From Opitutales bacterium (GTDB lineage Bacteria > Verrucomicrobiota > Verrucomicrobiia > Opitutales > Coraliomargaritaceae), in assembly GCA_049598495.1 (NCBI GenBank), contig JBMYNR010000005.1:1-64000 (forward strand): DNA of 64,000 nt, given 5' to 3'. The notes under the pieces are model-generated. The model was not told where the DNA came from and ran no database searches. It worked only from the letters and a program-made list of their open reading frames with translations. Of the stretch, positions 13,139 to 23,836 are shown piece after piece. The translations under genes and the position numbers were made by a program. Each line of letters starts with the position of its first letter. Within the stretch, counting starts at the first letter, position 1.

Positions 13139-14356
13139 ATGGCTCAAAAAACGGCCAAGGCCGAAACCATCCCTAGCGAGACCAAGGTTCAGGACCTTGA
13201 GGTCAAGGACGCGCAGATCATCTTTAATTCTGTCTGGAGTGCGCTTGAGGACGAACTTGGCGAGGAGAACCTTCGTTTCCCGAAAGAGATTTTCTGGCTG
13301 AATGGTGCACCTGGAGCTGGTAAGGGAACGAATACCGATTTCATCATGCGCTATCGCGATTTGACGGCTCCGCCGCTTGTTGTGAGTTCGCTCCTGAACA
13401 CCCCCGAGGCAGAAAAGATGAAGGATGCCGGCATGCTCGTGGGGGATCGCGAGGTGATCGAGATCATGTTACGCAAGCTCCTTGAGCCGATTTACAAATC
13501 GGGCGCGGTTGTCGACGGGTTCCCCCGAACGAAGGTCCAGGTGGAGTGTGTAAAGATGCTTTACCAGAAGTTGATTGAAATGCGGAATGGGTTCAAGGAA
13601 TCGCTCTATTCCGAGCATTTCAAAAAACCACACTTCCACATCGTCGTGCTCTTTGTTGACGAGAAGGAGAGTGTGAAGCGGCAGCTCAACCGTGGCCGTG
13701 AGGCGATGATCCATAATTCCGAAGTGATGGAGACGGGCGTGGGTGAGCTCATGGAGTTACGCCCGACCGACCTGGATCCGAACGCCGCGCTTAATCGTTA
13801 CCGCACTTTCAAGGAGAAAACCTACGGCGCTCTCAAGGACCTGCGTGAGATCTTTTTCTATCATTTCATCAACGCCCACGGAACGCTCGAAGAAGTTCGT
13901 AACCGTATCGACGAAGAGCTTCGTTATCAAGGATCGCTCGAACTCGATGAGGCCACCTACGACCGCATCTCTCAGATCCCGGTTGCGATTACACTGTCTC
14001 AGCATGCGCGCCAAGAACTTGTCGATCGTTTAGATACCTACGCGGATCGTAAGACTGATCTCTTCGAGCAAGTCGTTGAATTGATTCAGCAAGAGTTTAT
14101 TCCGATTATCGAGCGCCACGCAATATCAGGCCGGGCAGTGGTGAATACAGAGAGTCCGATCCTACAGGATTCCGACGCACTCGCCATGCTCATCGACGTC
14201 TTTTCGGAGCGCGGTTATCATGCGACGGTGGATGTCCGTCGTGAGGAAATTCCCGATTCGATCGACCCCAAGAGCTTTAAGGTCAAGACTCGCGTCAAGC
14301 GCGTTTGTCGGGTGCGTGTTTACTTCAAGGGTTCAGATATTCGGCGGGGTCGATAG
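13139..14356 (+). CDS. adk: Adenylate kinase-family protein, extended (~405 aa)
   Basis: P-loop [28 protein letters not shown] lid-like segment. Start taken as ATG 13139 (MAQKT). Confidence 0.7.
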   Translation: MAQKTAKAETIPSETKVQDLEVKDAQIIFNSVWSALEDELGEENLRFPKEIFWLNGAPGAGKGTNTDFIMRYRDLTAPPLVVSSLLNTPEAEKMKDAGMLVGDREVIEIMLRKLLEPIYKSGAVVDGFPRTKVQVECVKMLYQKLIEMRNGFKESLYSEHFKKPHFHIVVLFVDEKESVKRQLNRGREAMIHNSEVMETGVGELMELRPTDLDPNAALNRYRTFKEKTYGALKDLREIFFYHFINAHGTLEEVRNRIDEELRYQGSLELDEATYDRISQIPVAITLSQHARQELVDRLDTYADRKTDLFEQVVELIQQEFIPIIERHAISGRAVVNTESPILQDSDALAMLIDVFSERGYHATVDVRREEIPDSIDPKSFKVKTRVKRVCRVRVYFKGSDIRRGR

Positions 14357-14407
14357 CGTCGGCGGCTATTTGGGTGCTTGATTGGTAGCGCCCAGTTCGA
14401 ACCCTAT

Positions 14408-15187
14408 TTATAGATGCGCAAATACCGCACCTATCAGGAGTGCGGCGTCGGCCAGAACCCTGAAGTCCTCGATCGACATAAGCCGCCTGAGGTAGTGCAT
14501 ACCGCCAAGAAGGAATGCATATACGGCCATAGCGAATTGGAATTGCTGAGAGACGAAAAGGAGGGTGACTCCAGACACGACGGCGATTGTTAGCAGGAAT
14601 CCTTCAGAGAGAAGCGGTGCGATGGAATGAACGTCCATCTCTGCGTCGATTTCCTTTTCGCGTGCGCCGATGATGAGACAGTTGAGTAGGCAGATCATTG
14701 CAAATGAAAGACAAGTTCCCAGCGGTATGGGTGTGGGAATAAAAACAACGACGCCTCCAGTGAAGATCAATGCGACACAAACCTCTTTGGGGAAGAACCT
14801 TCGTGACAGTTTTTGATTCAGAAACGTGTAGAGTAGGCAAATGCCGAGCAGCAGGAGACCTCGCCGAAATTGCGGGCCGCTCAGCTGCGTCGAGAGACAA
14901 AGGTTCGTAATGAATAGCAGGTACCAGAACCGCCAGATGGGTATTCTATATTCTTTCGCAAAGCGGTGGCGAAAAGACTGCAGAGAGGCGAGGGGTCTCT
15001 TCCCTGCGTCAAAGAGTCTGTCCGCCATGTAGGTGAGCCAGACGGAGAGTCCGAGAACGATTATCGCGGCCCAACCGACGGATTTGCCTGTGGCTCCTGC
15101 GAAGACCAGTTGCCAGGCTATGGCAATGCATGCGACATCCACCCCTAAAATGTTGGGCCATTGGTAGGCTCGGATTTTTACGATCAT
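14408..15187 (-). CDS. Multi-pass membrane protein, distantly UbiA-prenyltransferase-like
   Basis: About 8 hydrophobic segments; WLTYMADRLFD, RHRF, PKE, E.EID motifs. Confidence 0.6.
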   Translation of the reverse strand: MIVKIRAYQWPNILGVDVACIAIAWQLVFAGATGKSVGWAAIIVLGLSVWLTYMADRLFDAGKRPLASLQSFRHRFAKEYRIPIWRFWYLLFITNLCLSTQLSGPQFRRGLLLLGICLLYTFLNQKLSRRFFPKEVCVALIFTGGVVVFIPTPIPLGTCLSFAMICLLNCLIIGAREKEIDAEMDVHSIAPLLSEGFLLTIAVVSGVTLLFVSQQFQFAMAVYAFLLGGMHYLRRLMSIEDFRVLADAALLIGAVFAHL

Positions 15188-15229
15188 TCAGTTTTGCTAT
15201 TCAGAGCATAGACGGCAGACTAAGGGTCA

Positions 15230-16225
15230 ATGCAGTCAGCTACGGCAGATAATTCAACCGAAAGCGGGCCACGTCGGTCGAAGCTGGGCCCTCTGGCTTT
15301 GGCGCTGCTCATTCAGTCGGGTATATTCTTTATCGCGGTCTTTGTCGTTGTTTTAGTGCCCGAGTTTGAGTCGGATCCGGAATTTGTGGCACACCAGAAG
15401 ATTTATCTACCTCAAAAGGAACTGGAGCATAAGGTAGCACTTGCGGAATTTCAAAATGCGGCCAGCTCGCCGATGCAGCCTGAGCGGATCAATACACAGG
15501 CATTACTGCCCGACTCGATGCCGCAGTTACCGGATCTTCCGAAGAATGAATTCAATCCTATTGCTCGTAACCCGGCCGCGCTTCAGTCGAACTCATTACT
15601 CGGCCATTCGGGTATTCTCGGTGCCTTACAAGGCCTGCAGGCTGATAGCTCCTCGGCATCGCTGTTTGGAGTCGAGGATACAGGGCAGCGTATTTTGATT
15701 CTCTTTGATAACAGTACGAGCGTTTGGAATAAAGCCAGCAAGGCTGGCGTGACGACCGGGCGCTTTATCCGTGAGCTATCGGCTTTGATCGATGGATTGC
15801 ATGCGAATACGCAGTTCGCACTGGTTCCCTTCTCTCGGAGTGTTGGTAGCTTTCGAGACTACATGATATCAGGTGGTGCTCGAAATAAGAGGGCGGCTAA
15901 GGCATGGATTAGCGAGAAGGTGCGGACGCAACAGTTGATGACTCAGTTGCCGCATGACATTGATGGGATACAAGGCGCGCTGGCGGTTGCTTTTCAGATG
16001 GAGCCAGATGTAATCTTTCTAATTTCAGACGCCGATTTTCAGCGCAACCTTGTTAAGGCGGGGGATGTTCCTTGGGATGATGTGGACCGCACCCTACGTG
16101 GCTTGAGCCGTGAGTTTGGTATTGAGCCGCGCCTCCACTTCATCGGTTTTCAAGTGGAGGAAGCGGATGCTGAGGCGATGAAGAAGATCACCCGGCGTTA
16201 CAAAGGGCAGTTTAGAGAGCTGTAG
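15230..16225 (+). CDS. Membrane-anchored von Willebrand factor A (VWA) domain protein
   Basis: N-terminal TM helix, Pro-rich linker, MIDAS-like LFDNSTS, VIFLISD, LHFIGF, ending in KGQFREL. Confidence 0.7.
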   Translation: MQSATADNSTESGPRRSKLGPLALALLIQSGIFFIAVFVVVLVPEFESDPEFVAHQKIYLPQKELEHKVALAEFQNAASSPMQPERINTQALLPDSMPQLPDLPKNEFNPIARNPAALQSNSLLGHSGILGALQGLQADSSSASLFGVEDTGQRILILFDNSTSVWNKASKAGVTTGRFIRELSALIDGLHANTQFALVPFSRSVGSFRDYMISGGARNKRAAKAWISEKVRTQQLMTQLPHDIDGIQGALAVAFQMEPDVIFLISDADFQRNLVKAGDVPWDDVDRTLRGLSREFGIEPRLHFIGFQVEEADAEAMKKITRRYKGQFREL

Positions 16226-16342
16226 TTGTAGACGATGGTAATCAGACTCATACGAGCGCTTCCTTGATTGCCATACGCAGCATCTCAGGCAAATTCTGTG
16301 GTGTTCGAGAAATATACGGGCTGAAAACAAGGCGGTATTTTA

Positions 16343-17230
16343 ATGGTACAAGATCTTCACATTATCTCTGGGCCGACCGCCGTCGGTAAAACGGAATATG
16401 CGCTCAGCTATGCAGAGACACACAATGCCGAGATTGTTTCCTGCGATGCGTCTTTGGTCTACCGGGGCATGGATATTGGAACGGCGAAGCCAAGCAGAGA
16501 GGAGCTGGAGCGCGTGCCGCATCATCTGATAGACCTGAATTCTGTCGATGAACCCTACGATATTGCGGCCTACGTGCGGGATGCGGAACGCGTCATTGAT
16601 GGCATTTTCTCGAGAGGCAGGTCGGTTGTCGTCACCGGCGGTAGCGGTTTTTATCTAAAGAGTTTTTTCGCGCCCGTCATTGATGTGGTTGAGGTGTGTG
16701 CTGCCGTCCGCGAAGAGGTCGCTGCACTGTATGCCTCAGATGGTTTGAGTGGTTTGCTGACTAAATTGCGTGAGCGTAGCCCCGCGGGACTGGGCAATCT
16801 GGATACTCAAAACCCGCGTCGCGTCCTGCGTGCCCTTGAGCGCAGCATGGCTTCAGGCAAGAGTCTGCCCGAATTACAGGCAGAGTTTGCCGCGCGACCC
16901 GAGCCCTATGTGCATTGTAAAAAGCGTTTTATTTTGCTCGATCGTGATAAAGAGGTGCTCCGGGAGCGAGTTGCCCTACGGGCGGAGAGGATGCTGGCGG
17001 ACGGTTTGATTGAAGAAGTTGACGCATTGTTGGGAAAAGGAATTCTGAAAAATCCCAGCGCTGCGTCTGCGATCGGTTACCGAGAGACGATTGCCTACAT
17101 CGAGGGCCAAATAGCCAAAGACGAACTGCTCCCGTCCATCGTTCAGAATACCATGCAGCTCGTGAAAAAACAGCGCACTTGGTTTCGCAGACAGATTCGT
17201 GAACCCGATGAGCGGGTGTTGTGTGTGTAG
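16343..17230 (+). CDS. miaA: tRNA dimethylallyltransferase
   Basis: GPTAVGKT, D..VYRGMDIGTAKP, VPHHLID, GGSGFYL, NPRRVLRALE, AIGYRE, KKQRTWFR. Confidence 0.97.
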   Translation: MVQDLHIISGPTAVGKTEYALSYAETHNAEIVSCDASLVYRGMDIGTAKPSREELERVPHHLIDLNSVDEPYDIAAYVRDAERVIDGIFSRGRSVVVTGGSGFYLKSFFAPVIDVVEVCAAVREEVAALYASDGLSGLLTKLRERSPAGLGNLDTQNPRRVLRALERSMASGKSLPELQAEFAARPEPYVHCKKRFILLDRDKEVLRERVALRAERMLADGLIEEVDALLGKGILKNPSAASAIGYRETIAYIEGQIAKDELLPSIVQNTMQLVKKQRTWFRRQIREPDERVLCV

Positions 17231-17436
17231 GATGGAGCAGGTCTCTTGGGGAGAATTTCCACTTTTTGAGGTAGCAATCATTCGCGGAGCGACCTGTAGA
17301 GGATCTGTCATACAATCATCAAAAGTAAAAATATGCTCGAAAACTCAGAGCGCCTGCCTTCATTGTTTCGACTTCTTCAAGCAGTCACATTTTCAACAGC
17401 GCTGCGAATGAACCTCATCTTATTCCCCATCAGTTC

Positions 17437-18555
17437 ATGAAAAAAGCACTTATCACTGGAATCACTGGGCAAGACGGATCGTATCTAGCCGAATTTCTAC
17501 TTAAAAAGGGCTACGAAGTCCACGGTATCAAGCGCCGAGCTTCTTCCCTCAATACGGAACGGGTCGATCATATCTATCAAGATCCCCACATTGAGAATGC
17601 CCGATTTCATCTCCATTACGGGGATTTATCGGATACCTCGAATTTGACTCGTATCATCAGCGAAGTGCGTCCTGATGAGGTCTATAACCTAGGAGCGCAG
17701 TCACATGTGGCGGTGTCGTTTGAATCACCCGAATATACGGCAGACGTCGATGCAATCGGTGCCTTACGTTTGTTGGAGGCCATCCGCTTCCTGGGCTTGG
17801 AGAAGACAACGCGATTCTATCAGGCTTCTACCTCAGAGCTTTACGGCTTGGTTCAAGAGGTTCCTCAGAAGGAAACGACGCCTTTCCATCCTCGGTCTCC
17901 ATATGCCGCGGCGAAGCTTTACGCATACTGGATTACGGTCAACTATCGTGAGGCCTACGGAATCTACGCGTGTAATGGCATCCTCTTTAACCACGAGTCA
18001 CCTCGGCGGGGAGAGACTTTCGTGACGCGTAAGATTACCCGAGGCCTCTCTAATATCGCACACGGACTGGAGCCTTGTCTCTATCTGGGGAACATGGATG
18101 CCCTCCGCGACTGGGGGCACGCAAAAGATTATGTTCGGATGCAATGGATGATGTTGCAGCAGGATACTGCGGAGGACTTCGTAATTGCAACGGGCAAGCA
18201 GATTTCGGTGCGTGACTTTGTGAGTATGTCCGCCCGTGAGGCCGGCATCGAACTGGAATTCTCCGGCCAGGGGATTGATGAGATCGCGACGGTCGCCTCG
18301 GTTGATTCAGAGAAAGCTCCCGCTCTTTCGGTTGGTGATGTTATTGTAAGAGTAGACCCCAGGTATTTCCGCCCTGCAGAAGTTGAAACCTTACTCGGAG
18401 ATCCAACGAAAGCGAAGGAGAAGCTTGGCTGGGTACCTGAGATTTCGGTTGAGGAGATGTGTGCGGAGATGGTCGCAAATGATTTGGACATAGCAAAGCG
18501 GCACGCGGTTCTCAAGGAGCACGGTTTCGATGTAAACGTGGCGATCGAGTCCTAG
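17437..18555 (+). CDS. gmd: GDP-mannose 4,6-dehydratase
   Basis: [56 protein letters not shown]. Confidence 0.98.
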   Translation: MKKALITGITGQDGSYLAEFLLKKGYEVHGIKRRASSLNTERVDHIYQDPHIENARFHLHYGDLSDTSNLTRIISEVRPDEVYNLGAQSHVAVSFESPEYTADVDAIGALRLLEAIRFLGLEKTTRFYQASTSELYGLVQEVPQKETTPFHPRSPYAAAKLYAYWITVNYREAYGIYACNGILFNHESPRRGETFVTRKITRGLSNIAHGLEPCLYLGNMDALRDWGHAKDYVRMQWMMLQQDTAEDFVIATGKQISVRDFVSMSAREAGIELEFSGQGIDEIATVASVDSEKAPALSVGDVIVRVDPRYFRPAEVETLLGDPTKAKEKLGWVPEISVEEMCAEMVANDLDIAKRHAVLKEHGFDVNVAIES

Positions 18556-18576
18556 TAGAATCCTCTTTGTGAATCC

Positions 18577-19515
18577 ATGAAACGACTACTTGTATTTGGA
18601 GCCAGCGGTATGGTCGGTTCTGCGGTTGTACGAGCCGCTCGGAATTCCGGATATACGGAAATCCTTGAGCCGAGCAGTCGGGAACTCGACCTGATCAACC
18701 AAGACCAGACGCATGCTTATCTGGCGAAACACCAACCGGAGGAAGTTGTCGTTGCGGCGGCAATGGTCGGTGGCATACACGCCAACAGTACCTACCCGGC
18801 GGATTTTTTGTACAAGAATCTAATGATAGCAGCGAATACGATCGAAGGATCGTTTCGGGCGGATGTGAAGCGTCTAATGTTTCTTGGCAGCACCTGTATC
18901 TACCCAAAATTTGCAGAACAACCGATTAAGGAGGAATCACTTCTTACATCCTCGCTTGAGGAGACGAACGAAGCCTACGCAGTCGCCAAGATTGCGGGGC
19001 TCAAGCTCTGCCAGCATTACCGCAAGCAATATGGCGTTTGTTATCACTCGGCGATGCCGACGAATTTATATGGTCCCGGAGATAACTATCACCCTCAGAA
19101 TTCCCATGTCCTGCCTGCGCTGATTCGCCGCTTTCACGAGGCGAAGCTCGGTGGGGTGCCTGAAGTTGTGGTATGGGGCACCGGCACGCCGCGGCGGGAG
19201 TTTCTTTATGCCGATGATGCGGCCGCCGGGATTCTCCACCTTCTCCAGCTTGAGGCCCCGCCGGATCTGGTAAATCTTGGCTGCGGGAAGGATGTTTCGA
19301 TTGGTGAGCTGGCTCAGTTGGTGAAGGAGACGGTCGGTTACGAAGGAGAGCTTGTCTTCGATACGAGCAAGCCGGATGGCACGCCACGCAAGCTCACGGA
19401 CATTTCCCGGATCCAAGCGACAGGTTGGACCCCGAAGATTGGTATTAAGGATGGGATTGCCCTAGCTTATCAGTCCTTTCTTGATGAGCAAGCGGCAGGC
19501 AGTCTCAGGGAATAA
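18577..19515 (+). CDS. fcl: GDP-L-fucose synthase
   Basis: [59 protein letters not shown]. Confidence 0.97.
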   Translation: MKRLLVFGASGMVGSAVVRAARNSGYTEILEPSSRELDLINQDQTHAYLAKHQPEEVVVAAAMVGGIHANSTYPADFLYKNLMIAANTIEGSFRADVKRLMFLGSTCIYPKFAEQPIKEESLLTSSLEETNEAYAVAKIAGLKLCQHYRKQYGVCYHSAMPTNLYGPGDNYHPQNSHVLPALIRRFHEAKLGGVPEVVVWGTGTPRREFLYADDAAAGILHLLQLEAPPDLVNLGCGKDVSIGELAQLVKETVGYEGELVFDTSKPDGTPRKLTDISRIQATGWTPKIGIKDGIALAYQSFLDEQAAGSLRE

Positions 19516-19561
19516 GGAAGCTGCTCCAAATCATAAAAATCTCCTTTCCATTACGGGGAGA

Positions 19562-20743
19562 ATGAGTGACGCTGATCGGCTTATGATTTGCACAACCGAA
19601 GCCTTAGCCGATGCCGTGCGCCGTGCGCGAGAAGCCGGCGCGGTCGGGGTGGACACTGAATTTATTTGGGATCGCACCTATTACCCCACGCTCGGGGTAG
19701 TACAAATCGGTTACCCCGATGGCCACTGTGAGCTCATCGATGCGCCCGCTATTGATGATTGGTCGCCTCTGGCAGAATTGATGTCGGCCCCCGACACAGT
19801 TAAGATTCTCCATGATGCCCAGCAGGATTTGAACATTATCCACCGTGCCTGCGGCGGTCTGCCTAAGAACATTTTCGATACCCAGCGCAGTGCAGGTTTT
19901 ATCGGTTTGTCCTCCACGGTTTCGCTCAGCGAACTTCTCAAGGTTCTGCTGCGTGTCCGGCTCGCAAAAACGGAGACTCGCTCCGATTGGACAGCACGAC
20001 CTCTATCAGAGGCACAGGTGAAATATGCGGAGGATGATGTGAGGCACTCCGTCGACTTGATGATTAAGATTATGGCCGAGGCGGAGGAACTGGGCCGCAA
20101 GGCGTGGATCGAGAAGGAGATGAAAATCTACGAAGAGGAGAGTCTCTACGTGGAAGCTGATCCGGATACGGAAATGCCGCGTGTGCGTGGGAGCGGTTCG
20201 CTCACGCATCAACAGCGTAATATTTTACGGGCTCTGGGTGCCTGGCGTGAACTGAAGGCACGCCGGCGAAATCTGCCTCGAAGTTTTATTTTATCGGATG
20301 ATGCTGTGGTAAGTCTGACCAAGCGGCCGCCTGAAAAACCGCAGGATATCCGTCAGATGAAGGGTCTCAGTGAGCGGGCGGCTGATCGGAACCGAAAATA
20401 TATATGGGAGGCCATCGAGCGTGGCCGCAGCGGTGATTTGCCCGAGTTGCCTAATAACAAGCACTTGGGCCCCTCGCCTGATGATGGCTATGAATCCCGG
20501 GTTGACCTTTCGCTGGCGACGATCAAGGGGATCTGTCTCGCCAACAAAATTGATCCGGCTTTGATTGGTAACCGCGCAGAGGTGACGGCCTTCGTTCTGG
20601 AGATCGACAGTCTCGAGAGTGCACGCCACCGCATGTTGCGCGGTTGGCGGGCCGAGTTTTGTGGGGATAATCTAGCGAAACTATTGCGAGGGGAGGGGCA
20701 TGTCTCCATCGACCCCGAGACCAAGCTGCCCAGGTTAGGTTGA
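19562..20743 (+). CDS. rnd: Ribonuclease D (DEDDy exonuclease plus HRDC domain)
   Basis: VDTEF, KILHDAQQD, FDTQ, SDWTARPLS..Q..YA..DV, HRDC WRE..AR.RN.P. Start taken as ATG 19562. Confidence 0.92.
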   Translation: MSDADRLMICTTEALADAVRRAREAGAVGVDTEFIWDRTYYPTLGVVQIGYPDGHCELIDAPAIDDWSPLAELMSAPDTVKILHDAQQDLNIIHRACGGLPKNIFDTQRSAGFIGLSSTVSLSELLKVLLRVRLAKTETRSDWTARPLSEAQVKYAEDDVRHSVDLMIKIMAEAEELGRKAWIEKEMKIYEEESLYVEADPDTEMPRVRGSGSLTHQQRNILRALGAWRELKARRRNLPRSFILSDDAVVSLTKRPPEKPQDIRQMKGLSERAADRNRKYIWEAIERGRSGDLPELPNNKHLGPSPDDGYESRVDLSLATIKGICLANKIDPALIGNRAEVTAFVLEIDSLESARHRMLRGWRAEFCGDNLAKLLRGEGHVSIDPETKLPRLG

Positions 20744-20749
20744 CACTAC

Positions 20750-21460
20750 CTAGAGTTCGAAACCGTCTTTCGCGATGCAGACGACGAACTCACCTTTTTG
20801 ACTGCCCTTTGCCACGCGGTCCCGCACTTCAGTCGCGGGTCCCGTATGAACGGTCTCATGTAGTTTGGTTAGTTCGCGGCTTACACTGATACAACGGCCC
20901 TCGCCCAATACATCGACCAGATCATTGAGAAATTTCCCGATCCGGTGGCAGGATTCGTATACAACGATCGTGTAATCAAAATCGCGGCGGGTTTCAAAGA
21001 AGCGTTTCCGTGCGGCGGCCTTTGGCGGAAGAAAGCCGACGTAGAGAAAACCGTCGCTCGGCAGGCCGGAAAGTGCCAGCGCGGTGGTTGCTGCCGTCAC
21101 TCCGGGCGCGGAACTGACGGGTAGTCCGCGCTTGCGGCATTCGCGGACAAGCCGAAATCCAGGGTCGCTGATGGCGGGCATGCCGGCGTCGGAAATGAGG
21201 GCGATTTGTTTCCCTGAGCCGACTTGATTGGCCAACTCAGTCGCCATGTGTTTCTCGTTCTCCTCACGATAGGAGATCAGCTTAGCTTCATTTTCGATAC
21301 CGAGCTTAGACAGTAGTTTCCCGGTGATTCGGGTATCTTCGCAAGCGATTATATTCGCAGACTTGAGGGTCTCGATGGCACGCGGAGTCATATCGCCGAG
21401 GTTACCGATTGGCGCGGCGACGAGTATCAAATGTCCGGTTGCTGTCTCGGCCTGACTCAT
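20750..21460 (-). CDS. rsmI: 16S rRNA (cytidine1402-2'-O)-methyltransferase
   Basis: PIGNLGD, ACEDTR, SDAGMPAISDPG, GFLP, YES, RELTKLHE, KGEF. Start taken as MSQAET. Confidence 0.95.
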   Translation of the reverse strand: MSQAETATGHLILVAAPIGNLGDMTPRAIETLKSANIIACEDTRITGKLLSKLGIENEAKLISYREENEKHMATELANQVGSGKQIALISDAGMPAISDPGFRLVRECRKRGLPVSSAPGVTAATTALALSGLPSDGFLYVGFLPPKAAARKRFFETRRDFDYTIVVYESCHRIGKFLNDLVDVLGEGRCISVSRELTKLHETVHTGPATEVRDRVAKGSQKGEFVVCIAKDGFEL

Positions 21461-21608
21461 GGTGGTGAATCTCTCCGAGTCTTTGTTTGCCTGCAAGCTT
21501 TGATCTTTTCGGTAATCATAGAACAGAAAAAAGAGACGAGTATTCGTTTCGCTTTACAGTAGCTTCTCAGGGGTTGAGTTTTTGGAATCGAGTATTAGGT
21601 TGCTCAGC

Positions 21609-21983
21609 ATGGATATTGAAACTTTCCCAAATCCGAATCCGGGTCGGAACTATACCATTCAGCACATTCAGGAGGAGTTTACCTCCACCTGCCCAATGAC
21701 AGGGCATCCGGATTATGCGACCGTGGTTTTCAGTTACGTTCCCGATGAGGTATGCATTGAGCTCAAGGCGATGAAACTCTACCTCCACAGCTTCCGGAAT
21801 AAGGGCATCTTCTTTGAGGCAGCGACGAACCAGATTTTTGAGGATTTGTTTCATGTCTGCAAGCCTCGCTGGGCTCGCCTGGAAACTGTCTGGCGCGGAC
21901 GGGGTGGTATTCGTTCCAATGTCGTGGTCGAAGACCAGGAGGACGGCTATGACGGGCCGACGACCTTTCCGTTCTCGGCCTAA
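21609..21983 (+). CDS. queF: 7-cyano-7-deazaguanine reductase (type I QueF)
   Basis: ETFPNP, EFTSTCPMTGHPD (catalytic Cys/Asp), QueF motif ELKAMKLY, RGGI. Confidence 0.9.
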   Translation: MDIETFPNPNPGRNYTIQHIQEEFTSTCPMTGHPDYATVVFSYVPDEVCIELKAMKLYLHSFRNKGIFFEAATNQIFEDLFHVCKPRWARLETVWRGRGGIRSNVVVEDQEDGYDGPTTFPFSA

Positions 21984-21992
21984 CCGCTTCTT

Positions 21993-22451
21993 TTAAGTGA
22001 TCTCCAAAACGGCCTGGATCTCTACTGTCGTATCTTTGGGTAGACCCGTTACGGCCACGGCGGCACGGGTATGACGCCCGCGCTCACCGAGGATTTCAAC
22101 GAGCAGATCGGATGCCCCGTTGATCACCTCGGGGCTGTCGGCGAATCCGGGAGCCCCGTTGACAAAGCCGTTCAGTTGAACCACGCGCGAAACACGGTCG
22201 AGATCTCCGAGATGGGCCTTTGCGACCGCAAGGAGATTGAGCGCGCAGACGCGCGCTGCTTCCTGGCCATAGGCGATATCACGGCCTTCCCCGATCTTGC
22301 CGGTGTGCGTCATCTCTCCGTTTACGAGGCAAATCGCACCGGATAGGTAGAGAAAGGGGTTGACCTCCATGCAGGGGACGTAATTGCCTGCGGGTGCCGG
22401 TGCGGCGGGGAGTTCGATGCCGAGTTCGGCCAGGCGTTGATCGGTTGTCAT
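21993..22451 (-). CDS. RidA/YjgF-family protein
   Basis: LGIELP...PAGNY, INGASDLL..ILGE.GRHTRAAV, LP...TVEI. Confidence 0.9.
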   Translation of the reverse strand: MTTDQRLAELGIELPAAPAPAGNYVPCMEVNPFLYLSGAICLVNGEMTHTGKIGEGRDIAYGQEAARVCALNLLAVAKAHLGDLDRVSRVVQLNGFVNGAPGFADSPEVINGASDLLVEILGERGRHTRAAVAVTGLPKDTTVEIQAVLEIT

Positions 22452-22504
22452 TGTAATAGAAAAGCTGAAAGCTGAGATTTATGAAACCCTGAAATTGAGT
22501 GTTT

Positions 22505-23836
22505 TCAGTTTTCAGTTTTTCCGGTTTTCAGCATTTCCAGACCGTAGGGCTTTTCGCCTTCTGTGCTGGCAATGACCACGGCCCCGACTGTATCAGAGAA
22601 AACGTTCACGCTGGTGCGACACATATCCAGTATCCGATCCGTCAGCCAGACGACACCGATTGCTTCGACAGGCAGGCCCACCGCCGGCAGAATCACTGCG
22701 ATAGCGACTAGGCTGGCCGCAGGGATACCAGCCACACCGATACTTGTGGTCAGGGCGAGAAAGACGACTAGAAGCTGATCACCGATACCAAGTGCGATCT
22801 GTCCTGTGGAGGCATAAAGCTGTGCGATAAAGAGCACGACCACGCACTCGTAGAGGGCGGTGCCGTCCATGTTTACGGTTGCGCCCAGAGGCAGGGTAAA
22901 CGAGCAGGTTTTTTTAGAGACCTTTGCACGTTCCTCGACAGTTTCGATTGTAAGGGGAAGAGTCGCCGATGAACTGGCCGTAGAAAATGCTGTCAGTAGA
23001 ACGGGTGCCATTTCCTTGTAGTGGCGAATCGGATTCACCTTCCCGATGAGTTTGAGAGCAATGGAGAGATTGATCGTGAAGTGAATTGCCAGCGCCAGTA
23101 GCACGGTCATGAAAAACCATGCCAGCGTGCCGAATAGGTCCCCCAGGTTGGTTTCGTAGATAACTGGGACAACGAGACCAAAGACGCCGATCGGCGCGAA
23201 ACGAATAATGAAATCGGTCAGCTTGAGCATGACTTCCTGGGCACTATCCCAGAACTTTTGCTGGGTCTCGCGCGGTCCAGGCTTAAGCTTCCCTATGAAC
23301 ACTCCGAAGAGAATGGAAAAAGTGATGACGCCGAGGAGTTGTCCGTTGTTGGTTGCCGCATCGACTATGTTGGACGGAAACATGCGGAGAAAAATTTCGA
23401 AGAGATCGCTAGAACTCTTTCCTTCGACCTTCCCCATCAGGCCCTGCTCGATTGAGGTTTCTGCCCCTGTGCCGAGCATGGCCATCGCGGTTTCTGCGTC
23501 GATGCGACCCGGGCCAATGATATTCACTACAATTAAGCCGATGATGACAGCGGCTGCTCCGCTAAAGCTGTAGTAGAGAAAGGTCTTTAGGCCCATTCGG
23601 CCGACGCCCTGCTCTGCCCCGAGGTGCATCACCCCGCTGATGATGGATGCGACGATGAGTGGAACGATCACCATCTTCAGCGCATTCATGAAGAGTTTTC
23701 CAACGAATTTTGAGAAGGCGATGGCAGTTGCGACGGTGTCCTCGCCGAGAGCGGGCAGAAGAAATCCGCCGAGAATCAAGGCGAGGCTAAGAGAGAACAG
23801 AATCTGCCAATGAAGTTTCCAGCGAAGGGGATTCAT
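22505..23836 (-). CDS. Dicarboxylate/amino acid:cation symporter (DAACS, GltP-like)
   Basis: LKMVIVPL, AFSTASSSATLP, PLGATVNMDGTAL, GVAGIP, DRILDMCRTSVNV. Confidence 0.95.
   Translation of the reverse strand: MNPLRWKLHWQILFSLSLALILGGFLLPALGEDTVATAIAFSKFVGKLFMNALKMVIVPLIVASIISGVMHLGAEQGVGRMGLKTFLYYSFSGAAAVIIGLIVVNIIGPGRIDAETAMAMLGTGAETSIEQGLMGKVEGKSSSDLFEIFLRMFPSNIVDAATNNGQLLGVITFSILFGVFIGKLKPGPRETQQKFWDSAQEVMLKLTDFIIRFAPIGVFGLVVPVIYETNLGDLFGTLAWFFMTVLLALAIHFTINLSIALKLIGKVNPIRHYKEMAPVLLTAFSTASSSATLPLTIETVEERAKVSKKTCSFTLPLGATVNMDGTALYECVVVLFIAQLYASTGQIALGIGDQLLVVFLALTTSIGVAGIPAASLVAIAVILPAVGLPVEAIGVVWLTDRILDMCRTSVNVFSDTVGAVVIASTEGEKPYGLEMLKTGKTEN

Noticed and set aside
17437..19515. Horizontally acquired polysaccharide island around gmd-fcl
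   Set aside because: Only the two GDP-fucose genes are present, flanked by miaA and rnd, with no glycosyltransferases, mobility genes or obvious compositional shift.
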